64,000 nucleotides of DNA from Eledone cirrhosa (GCA_964016885.1 OZ024743.1:88350001-88414000); one strand, 5' to 3'; shown: positions 11,559 to 24,700, numbered from the stretch's first letter. Notes: generated by a model not told the origin, from the letters alone. Numbers and translations are program-made.

Positions 11559-11877
11559 TTAAAGGTCTTAAACACTGGAGAGATTGTGGCAGCGCCATTC
11601 CCATGTACTGGATAAAAACTATATGGGCCCCTCTTTACTTGAGGCTCTAAGACCATGTTTATTTTGTTTAACAATTAATCCAGGACTGGTTACCATATAT
11701 ACTCAATTTTCCAGGGCTGCCAAAAACATCAACAAAGACAATATTTGAACTTGGGTTGTTGCTCAGCATAATGTCCATTAACTCTTAACATCCCTTAATG
11801 ATTTGATAAAACATTCACATGAGGAGGGCTTACATTTCACTTACTTACATTCCTTCGCTCTACTGGGTAATCAGTGA

Positions 11878-12220
11878 AGACGCATTGTTTAGTGGTTAGA
11901 CCACTGGACATGCAATTGGGAGGCTGTGAGTTTGATTCTTCTCAAACCAAGTGATACGTTGTATCCTTGAGCAAAACTCTTTATTTCATGTTACTCCAGT
12001 TCACTCAGCTGTAGAAATGAATTGCGACGTCACTGGTGCCAAGTTGTATCAGCTATTGCCTTTCCCTTGGACAACATCGGTGGCATGGAAAGGAGAGACT
12101 AGTGTGGATGAGTGACTGCTGGTCTTCCACAATCTTGTCCAGACTTGTGTCTCGGAAGGGAACTTTCTATGTGCAAATCCCATGGTCATTAGTGACTGAA
12201 GGGGCTCTTTACTCTTTACT
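11878..12220 (+). mobile_element. tRNA-derived SINE, same head and core as 2540 but a different 3' tail
   Basis: Shares tccttgagcaaaactctttatttcatgttactccagttcactcagctgtagaaatg, then diverges and ends (ctttact)2. Confidence 0.75.
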
Positions 12221-12419
12221 GAGTGATCCACTCTCTCAGTTTAATATGTCTCGGCTGATTTTGAAACCTGGAGTACTTGCTTTTCCTCTCATGTATGGCT
12301 TTTATAGTCCTTTCCTCTACTTTCCTACACAGCCAGATCTGCCCTTCTTTACTCCTTCCCCATTTGTAATGTTATTTATAAAATTGTCAATAAAGTTTAT
12401 ATAAACCTGAAATATAACT

Positions 12420-12855
12420 TCAACATTAACAACAACACCTTAGCAACATTAACAACAACACATTAGTAACATTAACAACAACACATTAGCAACATTAACA
12501 ACACATTAGCAACATTAACAACGACACATTAGCAACAGTAACAACAACACATTAGCAACAGTATCAACAACACAATAGCAACAATATCAACAACACATTA
12601 GCAACATTAACAACAACACATTAGCAACAGTATCAACAACACATTAGCAACAGTACCAACAACACGTTAGCAGCATTAGCAACAGTATCAATGACACAAT
12701 ATTAACATTAACAACAACACATTAGCAACAGTATCAACAACACATTAGCAGCATTAACAACACATTAGCAACAGTATCAACAACACATTAGCAGCATTAA
12801 CAACAACACATTAGCAACAGTAACAACAACACATTAGCAACATAAACAAGACATT
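12420..12855. repeat. Degenerate ~20-23-bp minisatellite (acattagcaacagtatcaacaac)
   Basis: Direct tandem repetition. Confidence 0.9.
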
Positions 12856-13360
12856 AGATGGATTGCAAACTCCACTATTAAGAATAGTTTAACTTTTCCC
12901 TTGTAAAACCAGTATGAAAAATATCACAACTTTCTTCACCATTTTTTTTTTATTGACGAAGTAAACTATATTTTTCGCCATGTGTGGACATGAGGGGAAA
13001 AAAAAAAACTAACAAATCGACGTTGGACGACAGTAAGTACATCCAAACTCTATAAAACAGCAACATACACATATCTATATGTAGCATCACATATATACAC
13101 ACAAAGTGAAAATATATCACACTATTTAGTGTGAGAGACTATAATGAAAGTATCGTAAACTCCAGTAAAACCACTGACTTCATTTCTGTTTAAAATCTAT
13201 TCCCTGTGCTTACATGGGTTATATATATATATACATACTTTTTTTAATTATACATGCATGCGCAGATCCTTTTGTACAGACACACAATACTTAGGAAAAC
13301 GGAAACAAAAAAAACAAAAAAAAACATTTTATTTCTATTGTAATCAAGTGCGCTAAACCT

Positions 13361-16300
13361 ATGTTGTTTACATTCTGTGTTTTTCTATGGATGGGCAGAA
13401 ATAACAAAATTGCCATGGTGATATCCATGGATGAAGTATGCAACAAAACTGGTCGATGTTCCAAAATAGAACTTGGCCCAGAAAATCACACCTGCCATAT
13501 TTGTACGGAACCCGAAAACTCATTCCGTAATCGCTGGGTTGAATGTGGAACCTGTCGCATCTCTGTCTGCCTTCAATGTGCCACAGGCTTCCGGAGGATC
13601 CTAGGCCAAAAAAAGAGACATCATATTGCTATGATGGATGGACTCTGGGAGATGGTCCAGCTAAAATCTTGGTCCTTTCAGTGCCTGGCCTGTGTGACTG
13701 CCTCCACCAATGTTATTGAAAAACAACAAAAAAACCCGATGACTGTATCTTCCTCTACCATTGTTACTAAACAACGGCAAAAACCTATGACACTGGCTTC
13801 TGCTGCTATTCCTGTGGAAGAACATCAGAAACAACAACAACCCATGTCTTCCGCTCCCAGTAAATCTCAACACCAACAACCAACGACTGTGTCTTCCCCT
13901 ACCATTCCCGTGGAAGAACATATCTGGGCACACTGAGAAGACCGCGGAATCTGCTACCCATGAAGTAATTGCCACTGGGGTACCAGAAGACAAGGCTGAT
14001 ATTCAGGCATTTGCTGCCAGCTCAGCCAAAAACCTAGGCTGTGTTCCTCCAAAGGGTGCTCTCCGCCTTGGTCGACCTGGTCCAAAACCCAGGCTCATCA
14101 GGCTTTCTTTTTTGGACCCCGCTGAGGCAATTTCATATCATCTGGCCTCTGTTAAAGCTGGGCGTCAAAATCGGATTACCTTCCGAACACGCCCAGGCCT
14201 ACCACCTGATGTACGTCCAAAGCTACATGCTGCAGCTTCCTTGAATCGGAACTTAGCACAACATGAAAGTTTTAGTCTGTGTGATGATGGGCAGATCTGG
14301 AGGTTTGTTAAAGCTGGTGAAACGTGGAAGAGAGATACCAGCTGGTCTGAGTGTGCTCTACCCACAATAATTGGCAATGAAAAAACTGCAACAACTCTGG
14401 GAAACTAAACCAGAACAACCTGCCACCCTCTACACACCATCATAAACTGCAAGCAGGGTACAAATTGTTGTCCTTAAATGCTCGCAGTTTATGCAACAAG
14501 ATACATCTGTTTAACTCTTACGTCAGAAGCATCGACCCTGACTTCATCATAGTCACGGAAACATGGGCACATTCCTTACTCTGTGATGGGGTTTTCAGCA
14601 TTACTGGGTAGAACCTGTTCCGCAAGGACCGCATTAATCGCCGTGGTGGTGGTGTGATGGTCTACGTTCGTTCAAATTTTTTGGTAATTCCTTGCGTTGA
14701 TTTGAACGAATCATAAGAAGTTTTTTTCTGTGACATACGTATGACCATGTCAACACTTCTGCTTTGTGTTGTTTATCACCCTCCAAACTACCATCAGGAC
14801 ACACAGCTTTGCGATATCCTCAGAGCTGCTGCCAGGAAAACAGCCACTTATGTGTTTATTGCAGGTGACTTCAATCATCCTGAGATTGATTGGGAAACCT
14901 TTCGTTGGTCACAAAGTGCAAACGATTTCCTTGAGCTAGTGCTGGACTCAAACTGGTCACAAGTAGTCACCTCTCCAACAAGAGGTGACAACACTTTGGA
15001 CCTGATCTTCACCACTACTCCTGAAGTGATTATCAGTTGTACTACTGAGGAACCTCTAGGCGACTCTGATCATGCTATGATCATTGCCAATCTGGCGCTT
15101 GCGGGCAGCATCAAAAACCAAAACCATCTCCAATCTGCTTGCTTTGATTGGAAGAAAGCGGATTGGAACTTGTACTGCACTGAGCTACAGCGCCCAAACT
15201 GGCATGAGTTCTATAACTCTGGAGATGTGAACACTATACTCCAGAGCATCCTGGACTCAATATGGATAGTGTGTGCAGCATCAGTGCCACATAAGCAGGA
15301 AAAAAACCACCCCAAAAGTGCAATTTGGGAAACTTCAGCGGTCCGACTTGCCAGGAAAGAACATCGGAATGCTGAACGGGAATATAAACTGCATAAATCA
15401 GATGCCAACAGAAAAAAGCGGAATAAATCTTCTAACCATCTCAAGCAAGTGACAAAGAAGGCAGTGCTTGAATTTGATCAGTGCATAGCAACCAATCCTG
15501 ACAGTAAGGTGTTCTGGAAATATGTACATTCAAAGCAGAGACCTCACTCTCCAGTTGGTCCTCTTCGCAATCCCCACACAAGCCAGATCACTGACGATCC
15601 CAAAGAATGCGCAGAACTCATTGCTGAGTGCTATGTAAGCATTTTTACTGTTGAAAACCAGAATGTACCATCTCAACCATCTCTAACATCAAATTCCATA
15701 ACAACTATGGAATTTACACCTGCAATGTTGTGACGTCACCGTAAGAATAAGCACAACTATGCCTCCCCTAGTCTTGATGGTGTTACATACCTGCTTCTCA
15801 AACGTGGCGGGTACTTCCTTTTGCACCAGCTTTCTTTCTTCTTTCAATACTGTCTCAACAATGGTGCTACTCCAGAGCAGTGGAAAACTGCCAATATCAT
15901 TCCCCTGTTCAAAAAGGGCGACCGCACGTCACCTGTCAACTATCGTCCAGTCAGTCTTACTAGCTGTATTGCCAAACTGATGGAATCTTGTGTCAGAGAA
16001 ACACTTTGGAACTTCTGGAGCTCTCACAGCCTCATCCAGCCCTCGCAATTTGGATTTATCCCTAACTCCAGCTGCTGTGATCAGCTTATCGAGTTCCTTG
16101 AAGGCATTACCCGGATCACTGACAGCGGCTCATGGGTGGATGTTGTTTACCTTGACTTCGCTAAGGCTTTTAATTCTGTGCCACACAAAAGACTTATGGC
16201 GAAACTCTCTGCAATGGGTGTGAAGGATGATCTTTTTAACTGGTTGAAATCCTTCATTCTCAGACGAAAAGAGGTAGTCACGGTTCTAGGACAGCATTCT

Positions 16301-16978
16301 TCACCATATGAGATGTCATCTGGTGTACCACAGGGATCTGTTCTTGGTCCCCTTTTGTTTGTTGCATACATTAATGACATAGATGCCAACTTAAAGAATG
16401 CCACAGTACTGAAATATGCAGATGACATCAAGCTGTACCTTGAAATCAAAAGGACAGATCCTGAAATCTATAACTCTTTCCTACAATCAGACCTGAACAC
16501 AATGCAGCAATGGATCACAGACTGGCAACTGAAGCTGGTTGTGGACAAGTGTACCACCATGCATTTTGGGAGGAAAAATCCAGCGTCCACATACTCCCTC
16601 CACAACACTGATATCAAGAAGTCCTCTTGTGAACGTGACCTGGGCATTACTGTCAGCAGCGATTTGTGTTGGACAAAGCACATCTCTAAAATTGTCAAGA
16701 AGGCCGAGAGTGTCTTGGCATCACTCAGCAAGACCTTTGTTAGTCGCTCTCCAGCCATCTATTTAAAGCTGCATACAGCTATGGTACGACCACACTTGGA
16801 ATTCGCATCATCAGTCTGGAACCCCTATCTTGCTCAGAACATGGAAACTGTTTAGAGATGTGCAACCAAGCGCATACCCTCCATCAGACACCTACCATAC
16901 TCTGAACGCCTTGTTTCCCTGGGCATGGATTCATTGAAGCTCCGACATCTGGCAATGGACTTGGTAAACACCCACAAA
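13361..16978 (+). mobile_element. Near full-length CR1-group LINE, inactivated: ORF1 (PHD-like finger) and ORF2 (APE endonuclease + RT); 3' end missing
   Basis: ORF1 CHIC..WVECGTC..VCLQC..FQCLAC. ORF2 LNARSL..VTETW, GDFNHP, TLDLIFT, SDH, NYRPVSLTS, YLDFAKAF, SGVPQGSVLGPLLF, KYADD, VRPHLEFASSVWNP. Several stops and frameshifts. The 5' UTR may extend to ~12960. Confidence 0.92.
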
Positions 16979-17164
16979 GTGGAATCCTTTAAAATGGGTG
17001 ATTTTGTTTCACAGAGCTAGCTTTGGCCAAATTCACATAGTAACTTAACATATGGTTCTTATATAAAATTATGCTGGTAGATTTTAATTTGAATAAGAAA
17101 ATGGGTGGTTTGGTTTTAGAGAACCAGAGCTGTTTTCGGCAAAATTGACATGGTAATTTCACAC

Positions 17165-17470
17165 ATCATCATCGTTTAATGTCTATTTTCCACGCTAGCA
17201 TGGGTTAGATGGGTTGTCCCAATTGAGGCATCTTGGGACAGGTGACCGTGTCTTGCTCATACAGAACTCTTTCTGGCTTGGTTTCTACAGCTGGATATCG
17301 TTCCTAATGCCAACCACATTTACAGTGTGGACTGGGTGCTTTTTGTTGTGACACCTACACAACCACTTTACAGTGTGGACTGGGTGCTTTTTGTTGTGAC
17401 ACCTACACGACCACTTTACAGTGTGGACTGGGTGCTTTTTATTGTGACACCTACACGACCACTTTACAGT
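17165..17470 (-). mobile_element. SINE/RTE 3'-tail fragment with three tandem 45-bp copies of an internal piece
   Basis: catcatcatcgtttaatgtc tail; tttacagtgtggactgggtgctttttgttgtgacacctacac repeated. Confidence 0.7.
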
Positions 17471-17706
17471 ATGTACTGGATGTGGGTGCTTTTATATAAA
17501 GTTACGTTAGAAGATTTTAATTCACACAGAAGCCATTTAAAATGGTTGGTTTTGTTTCATAGAACCAGGGCCAGTTTTGTGCAGGTTGGTACCAAAAAAG
17601 TTTAACATCCATAACAGCTTAGCAACATTAATAATAATTGTATCCCATTGGTTTTTCTAATGTTTTTCAAGAACTAAATATTGATCTTTCTTCTCTTCCT
17701 ATACAG

Positions 17707-17869
17707 GACGTCTTCTAAGAGCATATGGTATAGATTTTAGTTGGTATCGTCTAGCAGCCTGGATCAATTTGGTGGAACAGTGGCCTTATCATGCTTCGTG
17801 GGTAATTCTAGAGTTTGAAGATACAGAAAACATGGAAGACATAACAACTTTGATTTCTATTTATAAAAA
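17707..17869 (+). CDS. KIDINS220: KIDINS220 exon
   Basis: atacag|GA CGT ... AA|gtatgt, phase 1 in, phase 2 out. Reads GRLLRAYGIDFSWYRLAAWINLVEQWPYHASWVIL. Confidence 0.95.
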
Positions 17870-17984
17870 GTATGTGATTGAACTACAAATTAGAGTTGTG
17901 TGTTTTAACTGTTTTATAGGATGTTAAGAAATATGTATTTAATCAACTGATGAACTGTGGGTCTTTATATAGGTACCTCATGTA

Positions 17985-18365
17985 TGATACCCTTTCTCTA
18001 TTGGCCAAGGTACATAACATCATGTCTCTGCTGATTGGGATGCATAAGACCATGTCTATATCAACTGGGGTCCATAAGACCTTGTCTACACAAGCTTGGG
18101 TACATAAGTCACTGTTTATATTCATTGGGGTAGGTGAGAATCTGTCTATACTAGTTGGAGTATATAAGACCCTGTCTACACAAGCTGGAGTATATAAGAT
18201 CCTGTCTATAGTAACTGGAGTATATAATACCCTGTCTATACTAGCTGGGGTGCATAAGACCCTGTCTAAACTGATTGGAATAGATAAGAATCTGTCTACT
18301 GACTGGGGTACATACAAACCACTCTATACTGACTGGGCTACGTAAAACTTTGTCTACTGACTGGA
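17985..18365. repeat. Degenerate 30-bp minisatellite
   Basis: ataagaccctgtctatactagctggggt-like units. The 10-aa periodicity of the overlapping ORFs follows from it. Confidence 0.8.
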
Positions 18366-18474
18366 GTATATATATATATATATATATATACATAACATGT
18401 CCATACCAGAGCAGGCTTCTCTCTTGCACACTATATTTTAGTCTTCTTACACCCAGTTTTTCTCTCCATGCTTT

Positions 18475-18700
18475 GGCCTAGCATAGTGGTATTGGACTTA
18501 TGATCATAATGTTGTTCTTGAGCAAAACACTTCATTTCATATTGCTCCAATAAACTGCTGAAAATGCATGCTAATAGTAGCTGGGGGTTAACCCTGCAAT
18601 GGACTTGCACCCTGACCAGAGAAGAGTCTTGTACCCTCAGATGAAACTGGGTTAATCACTGGCCTGATAAGCCTCTATGCTTTGGACAGACTTTAACTTC
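18475..18700 (+). mobile_element. Degenerate SINE with shared core and a third tail type
   Basis: ttcttgagcaaaacacttcatttcatattgctcca core followed by aaccctgcaatggacttgcaccctgaccag. Confidence 0.6.
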
Positions 18701-18813
18701 TTAGCATCCATACTTTGTTGTTTATACATATTAACATGACTATATATATACTAACACCTGGTGTATTATTATAGGTGATAATACAAGATTCAATTTTTTT
18801 CTATTTCCCTCAG

Positions 18814-19001
18814 AGTTGTAAACAAAATCCCTACATCTCGTGACATTGATCCTCTTCTAGAAATTGACAAAGATGTGCGTAAACTGGAAGTTTTCCTTGC
18901 TAATTCCAATCGAAATCAACCAGTTTTGAACGTTGGAGATCTGAAGAAATTCTTACCATGTACCATTAATTTAGACCCTTACTTAAGAAAACTTATTCGA
19001 G
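18814..19001 (+). CDS. KIDINS220: KIDINS220 exon
   Basis: ccctcag|A GTT ... CGA G|gtttgt, phase 2 in, phase 1 out. Reads IPTSRDIDPLLEIDKDVRKLEVFL..KKFLPCTINLDPYLRKLIR. Confidence 0.95.
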
Positions 19002-19027
19002 GTTTGTATTGCTTTCTCTTCACTCTA

Positions 19028-19245
19028 TTAATAATTGTTTCTACTTTAGGCACAAGACCAACAATTTGAAGGGGAGGGAAAGTTGATTAAATCAACCCCA
19101 GTGCATTACTAGTGCTTTATTTATCTACCCCGTAAGGATGAAAAGCAAAGCGAACTTCGGCAGGATTTGAACTCAGGACGTAAAGGGTCGTAACTCTATG
19201 CCGTGAAGCATGTTGTCCAACAATCTAGTGATTCTGCTAATCACT
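19028..19245 (-). mobile_element. tRNA-derived SINE with Nin/Deu-like domain
   Basis: Minus strand has a B box gagttcaaatcc and gcttttcatccttacggggtagataaataaag. The family recurs about 10 times in the window. Confidence 0.75.
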
Positions 19246-19898
19246 ATAATGAAAATTATTATGTACAGTGCTAGGTGCACTACAACTCATCAAAGGTACA
19301 TAGAATAATTGTTTCTATTTTTGGCACAAGGCCAGCAATAACCCAGTACATTACTGGTACTTTATTTTATCGACCTCGTAAGGATGAAAGGCAAAGTTAA
19401 CATCGGCGGGATTTGAACTTAGACCATAAAGGGACGTAACTATGCTAGAAAGCATGGCGTCCGACCGTCTACCGATACTGCCAATTCACCAATGCACAAA
19501 AGTCAGGAAAGTGAACAGTGTATGAGTCATGATATACACACAGATACATGCATGTGTGTGTATGGAGTGGGGTATATCAGGTGTAGTGTTGGCGAATTTC
19601 AGGAAGCATGGAGGATTTAAAGGATGCAGTGTCCCATCAACTAACAACTGACGCAGGTAGTTTGTTCCATGCTTCAGCTACTCTGAGCTACTCGTGGGAG
19701 CTATACTGTTTTCTGATTTTGTAAGCATGTCCACAGATGTTAGACACATGGAATTCAAAAAGGTGCCCAGATTTGTTGGAAAGATGGTTAATAATCTTGT
19801 GGGTGTCTACCAAGTTAGTTGCCAGACGTCAGAGCTTTAATGTATCCATGCCTAAGGAAGCAAGGCGCTCAGAGGAAGCAATGGTAGATGCCTGATGT
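19245..19898 (-). mobile_element. CR1-group LINE 3' end, interrupted by a Nin-type SINE at ~19305-19492
   Basis: 19800-19898 is the reverse complement of 16882-16978. It continues to WNKLP and the 3' UTR shared with 7050-7290. Confidence 0.8.
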
Positions 19899-19937
19899 AT
19901 AACCTGTTGTCTCTTTATGTTGTCATTATTTATTAAA

Positions 19938-20147
19938 CTAGATCACTGGGCAAAACCAACCAGCAGGTGACCCAGGTGTAGACTCTGAGCAAGATGGTTG
20001 GATAACATCCATAAGCTTGGCTGGTCTTCCTTTGGTACCCAGCTGGATCAGTTGGAGACGGTTACTTCTGACAGGACCCACTGGACAGAATATTTGAGGA
20101 CTCTGCCCCCACAACCCTCTCAGGAATAAGTGAGCGAAGAAGAAGAT
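19938..20147 (+). mobile_element. RTE LINE 3' fragment with (GAA)n tail
   Basis: gcaagatggttggataacatccat (ARWLDNIH), same family as the fragments at 62.1-63.8 kb. Confidence 0.65.
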
Positions 20148-20503
20148 CCAGAACATTGAATTACTTTACTGCTTTCCATCATCACTGCCATGGAAACTAA
20201 TGATAATAGTGCTGATGGTGATGAATAGGATAATGAAGAGTGGATGATGATGATGATGATGATGATGATGGATTCTCCGTTGATATTTTGACAATGAACA
20301 TTTAGTAATTTGATCAACTAAATATGTAATTCATGAATTAACATGAAACTGGCTGAGTATTCCACAGACATGTGTACCCTTAATGTAATTCCCAAGTTGA
20401 ATCAATATATGACATGGCTGAATGAACCTTTGAATTACAGGTTCAGTCCATCTTGTATTATCATATTAGTGGCTGAGTATTCCACAGACATGTTTATCCT
20501 TAA

Positions 20504-20700
20504 CCCTTTAGCATTTAAACCAGCTGTATCTGGCCAGAATTCTCTCACCTCTTTCTGTTGAAGCTGGCTGTAACTGGCCACTCATACTGATGTTAAAGTA
20601 TTGTTCTCAAAATAAATAATATCAAAATTTCATAGATTCAATATTATGTGAGGTAAAGACTTTACCACAAAAATACAATCGTAAATATAAAGGGTCAATG
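20504..20700. mobile_element. piggyBac-type MITE, third copy with damaged right end
   Basis: ttaaccctttagcatttaaac followed by the same body as 8532-8740. Confidence 0.75.
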
Positions 20701-21029
20701 TAATACCAAAGCCAAATCAGCAAGAGACAATATGTGATACAGCTGGACCTTACATTCCATGTCCCAAGTTCACAAGGGACATAAGACTCTTGGTCATCAT
20801 AAATGGACTTAACTCCTTCCTTATTTCAACCAGATACCACATCTTGAGTTTTGATGAGAGGGAAGTGGGGTAAAGATCACCATGGGGTAGTACATTTGAC
20901 TGTACCCTCTCCATATGTAACCATACTCATCATGGATCTTTTCCTGGCTCCAACCCAGGCATATGGTAGACCTATTCTAAACCAGATATCTATGGATAAT
21001 AAGGTGGTCACACTGGTGCCACAAGTATG

Positions 21030-21366
21030 TAGTCACCTGTCATGTCAGGTCTGATAACATGACAACCCATCTATCCCATGTGGTCACCGGACATGTCAGA
21101 ACTGATAACATGACCCATCTATCCCATATGGTCACCTGACATGTCTGATCTCATAACATGACCCATCTATCCCATTTGGTCACCTGACATGTCTGACCTC
21201 ATAACATGACCCATCTATCCATGTGGTCACCTGACATGTCAGAACTGATAACATGACCCATCTATCCCATTTTGTCACCTGACATGTCTGACCTCATAAC
21301 ATGACCCATCTATCCCATTTGGTCACCTGACATGTCTGACCTCATAACATGACCCATCTATCCCAT
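21030..21366. repeat. ~50-bp minisatellite (ggtcacctgacatgtctgacctcataacatgacccatctatcccat)
   Basis: Six to seven tandem units just upstream of an exon. Confidence 0.9.
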
Positions 21367-21431
21367 GCAAGTATAGAAAATAGATGATGATGTTTGAATT
21401 TTTTTTTAAGAATTTGTTTTTTATATTTCAG

Positions 21432-21748
21432 AAACTAAAAAAAATATGGATCTTCAACGGTCTGAATATTCTTACAATTCCATATATCCTGTAATGCCTT
21501 CTGGCCCTTCACCAGCGCCATCATTAATTGGCCCACGTGGAGACGGAGACCTTGGTTTGCGAGGTTTATACCCTTCTGTCTTACCTACATCTGCATCCAA
21601 CCGTTTCATGGCACCATGTAATCAAGCTGTTCCAATACCTCACCCTACAATGTTTACAACTTCCACTGGTTCATATCTCATACCATCAGCTGCAGCTCCA
21701 CGACCACATCCACCACATCAGCTCACTATTCCACCATTACTGCCAAAG
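21432..21748 (+). CDS. KIDINS220: KIDINS220 exon, Pro-rich linker
   Basis: tttcag|AA ACT ... AAG|gttaga. Phase 1 in and phase 0 out bridge the neighbouring exons. Pro-rich as expected between KAP and SAM. Confidence 0.85.
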
Positions 21749-21790
21749 GTTAGAACAACATTTTTAATATTCATGATGAATGTTTGTTAG

Positions 21791-24700
21791 TAGTAGAGGG
21801 TGACACAAGCTTCATTCTACAGTAGAGGGTGGCACTGGCGTAGATCTAGAGTAGAGGGTGACACAAGCTTGGTTCTACAGTAGAGGGTGGCACTGGCTTA
21901 CATCTACAGTAGAGAGTGACACAAGCTTGGTTCTACAGTAGAGGGTGACACTGGCTTAGTTCTACAGTAGAGGGTGGCACAAGCTTGGTTCTACAGTAGA
22001 GGGTGGCACTGGCTTGGTTCTACAGTAGAGGGTGGCACAAGCTTGGTTCTACAGTAGAGGGTGGTACAAGCTTGGTTCTACAGTAGAGGGTGGCACAAGC
22101 TTGGTTCTACAGTAGAGGGTGGTACAAGCTTGGTTCTACAGTAGAGAGTGACACAAGCTTGGTTCTACAGTAGAGGGTGAAACAAGCTTCATTCTACAGT
22201 AGAGGGTGGCACTGGCTTAGTTCTACAGTAGAGGGTGGCACAAGCTTGGTTCTACAGTAGAGGGTGGCACAAGCTTGGTTCTACAGTAGAGGGTGAAACA
22301 AGCTTGGTTCTACAGTAGAGGGTGGCACAAGCTTGGTTCTATAGTAGAGGGTGGTACAAGCTTGGTTCTACAGTAGAGGGTGAAACAAGCTTGGTTCTAC
22401 AGTAGAGGGTGGTACTGGCTTACATCTACAATAGAGGGTGGCACAAGCTTCATTCTACAGTAGAGGGTGGCACAAGCTTGGTTCTACAGTAGAGGGTGGC
22501 ACAAGCTTGGTTCTAAAGTAGAGGGTGACACTGGCTTAGTTCTACAGTAGAGGGTGGCACAAGCTTGGTTCTACAGTAGAGGGTGGTACAAGCTTGGTTC
22601 TACAGTAGAGGGTGAAACAAGCTTGGTTCTACAGTAGAGGGTGGTACTGGCTTACATCTACAGTAGAGGGTGGCACAAGCTTCATTCTACAGTAGAGGGT
22701 GGCACAAGCTTGGTTCTACAGTAGAGGGTGGCACAAGCTTGGTTCTACAGTAGAGGGTGGCACAAGCTTGGTTCTACAGTAGAGGGTGGTACAAGCTTGG
22801 TTCTACAGTAGAGGGTGAAACAAGCTTCATTCTACAGTAGAGGGTGGTACAAGCTTGGTTCTACAGTAGAGGGTGAAACAAGCTTGGTTCTACAGTAGAG
22901 GGTGGCACAAGCTTGGTTCTACAGTAGAGGGTGGTACAAGCTTGGTTCTACAGTAGAGGGTGGTACAAGCTTGGTTCTACAGTAGAGGGTGGTACAAGCT
23001 TGGTTCTACAGTAGAGGGTGACACTGGCTTAGTTCTACAGTAGAGGGTGGTACAAGCTTCATTCTACAGTAGAGGGTGGCACAAGCTTCATTCTACAGTA
23101 GAGGGTGACACTGGCTTACATCTACAGTAGAGGGTGGCACTGGCTTACATCTACAGTAGAGGGTGACACAAGCTTGGTTCTACAGTAGAGGGTGGCACAA
23201 GCTTGGTTCTACAGTAGAGGGTGACACTGGCTTGGTTCTACAGTAGAGGGCGGTACAAGCTTGGTTCTACAGTAGAGGGTGGCACAAGCTTGGTTCTACA
23301 GTAGAGGGTGACACAAGCTTCATTCTACAGTAGAGGGTGGCACTGGCTTGGTTCTACAGTAGAGGGTGGTACAAGCTTGGTTCTACAGTAGAGGGTGGCA
23401 CAAGCTTGGTTCTACAGTAGAGGGTGGCACAAGCTTGGTTCTACAGTAGAGGGTGGTACAAGCTTGGTTCTACAGTAGAGGGCGGTACAAGCTTGGTTCT
23501 ACAGTAGAGGGTGACACTGGCTTGGTTCTACAGTAGAGGGTGGCACAAGCTTGGTTCTACAGTAGAGGGTGACACTGGCTTACATCTACAGTAGAGGGTG
23601 CCACTGGCTTGGTTCTACAGTAGAGAGTGACACAAGCTTGGTTCTACAGTAGAGGGTGAAACAAGCTTCATTCTACAGTAGAGGGTGGCACTGGCTTAGT
23701 TCTACAGTAGAGGGTGGCACAAGCTTGGTTCTACAGTAGAGGGTGGCACAAGCTTGGTTCTACAGTAGAGGGTGGTACAAGCTTGGTTCTACAGTAGAGG
23801 GTGGCACAAGCTTGGTTCTACAGTAGAGGGTGGTACAAGCTTGGTTCTACAGTAGAGGGTGAAACAAGCTTGGTTCTACAGTAGAGGGTGGTACTGGCTT
23901 ACATCTACAGTAGAGGGTGGCACAAGCTTCATTCTACAGTAGAGGGTGGCACAAGCTTGGTTCTACAGTAGAGGGTGGCACAAGCTTGGTTCTACAGTAG
24001 AGGGTGACACTGGCTTAGTTCTACAGTAGAGGGTGGCACAAGCTTGGTTCTACAGTAGAGGGTGGTACAAGCTTGGTTCTACAGTAGAGGGTGGCACAAG
24101 CTTGGTTCTACAGTAGAGGGTGGTACAAGCTTGGTTCTACAGTAGAGGGTGAAACAAGCTTGGTTCTACAGTAGAGGGTGGTACTGGCTTACATCTACAG
24201 TAGAGGGTGGCACAAGCTTCATTCTACAGTAGAGGGTGGCACAAGCTTGGTTCTACAGTAGAGGGTGGCACAAGGTTGGTTCTACAGTAGAGGGTGAAAC
24301 AAGCTTGGTTCTACAGTAGAGGGTGGCACAAGCTTGGTTCTACAGTAGAGGGTGGTACAAGCTTGGTTCTACAGTAGAGGGTGAAACAAGCTTCATTCTA
24401 CAGTAGAGGGTGGTACAAGCTTGGTTCTACAGTAGAGGGTGAAACAAGCTTGGTTCTACAGTAGAGGGTGGCACAAGCTTGGTTCTACAGTAGAGGGTGG
24501 TACAAGCTTGGTTCTACAGTAGAGGGTGGTACAAGCTTGGTTCTACAGTAGAGGGTGGTACAAGCTTGGTTCTACAGTAGAGGGTGACACTGGCTTAGTT
24601 CTACAGTAGAGGGTGGTACAAGCTTCATTCTACAGTAGAGGGTGGCACAAGCTTCATTCTACAGTAGAGGGTGACACTGGCTCACATCTACAGTAGAGGG

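Noticed and set aside
17943-18345. ORFs with 10-aa periodicity on both strands
   Set aside because: They arise from a 30-bp minisatellite within a KIDINS220 intron. The flanking exons already splice in phase without them.
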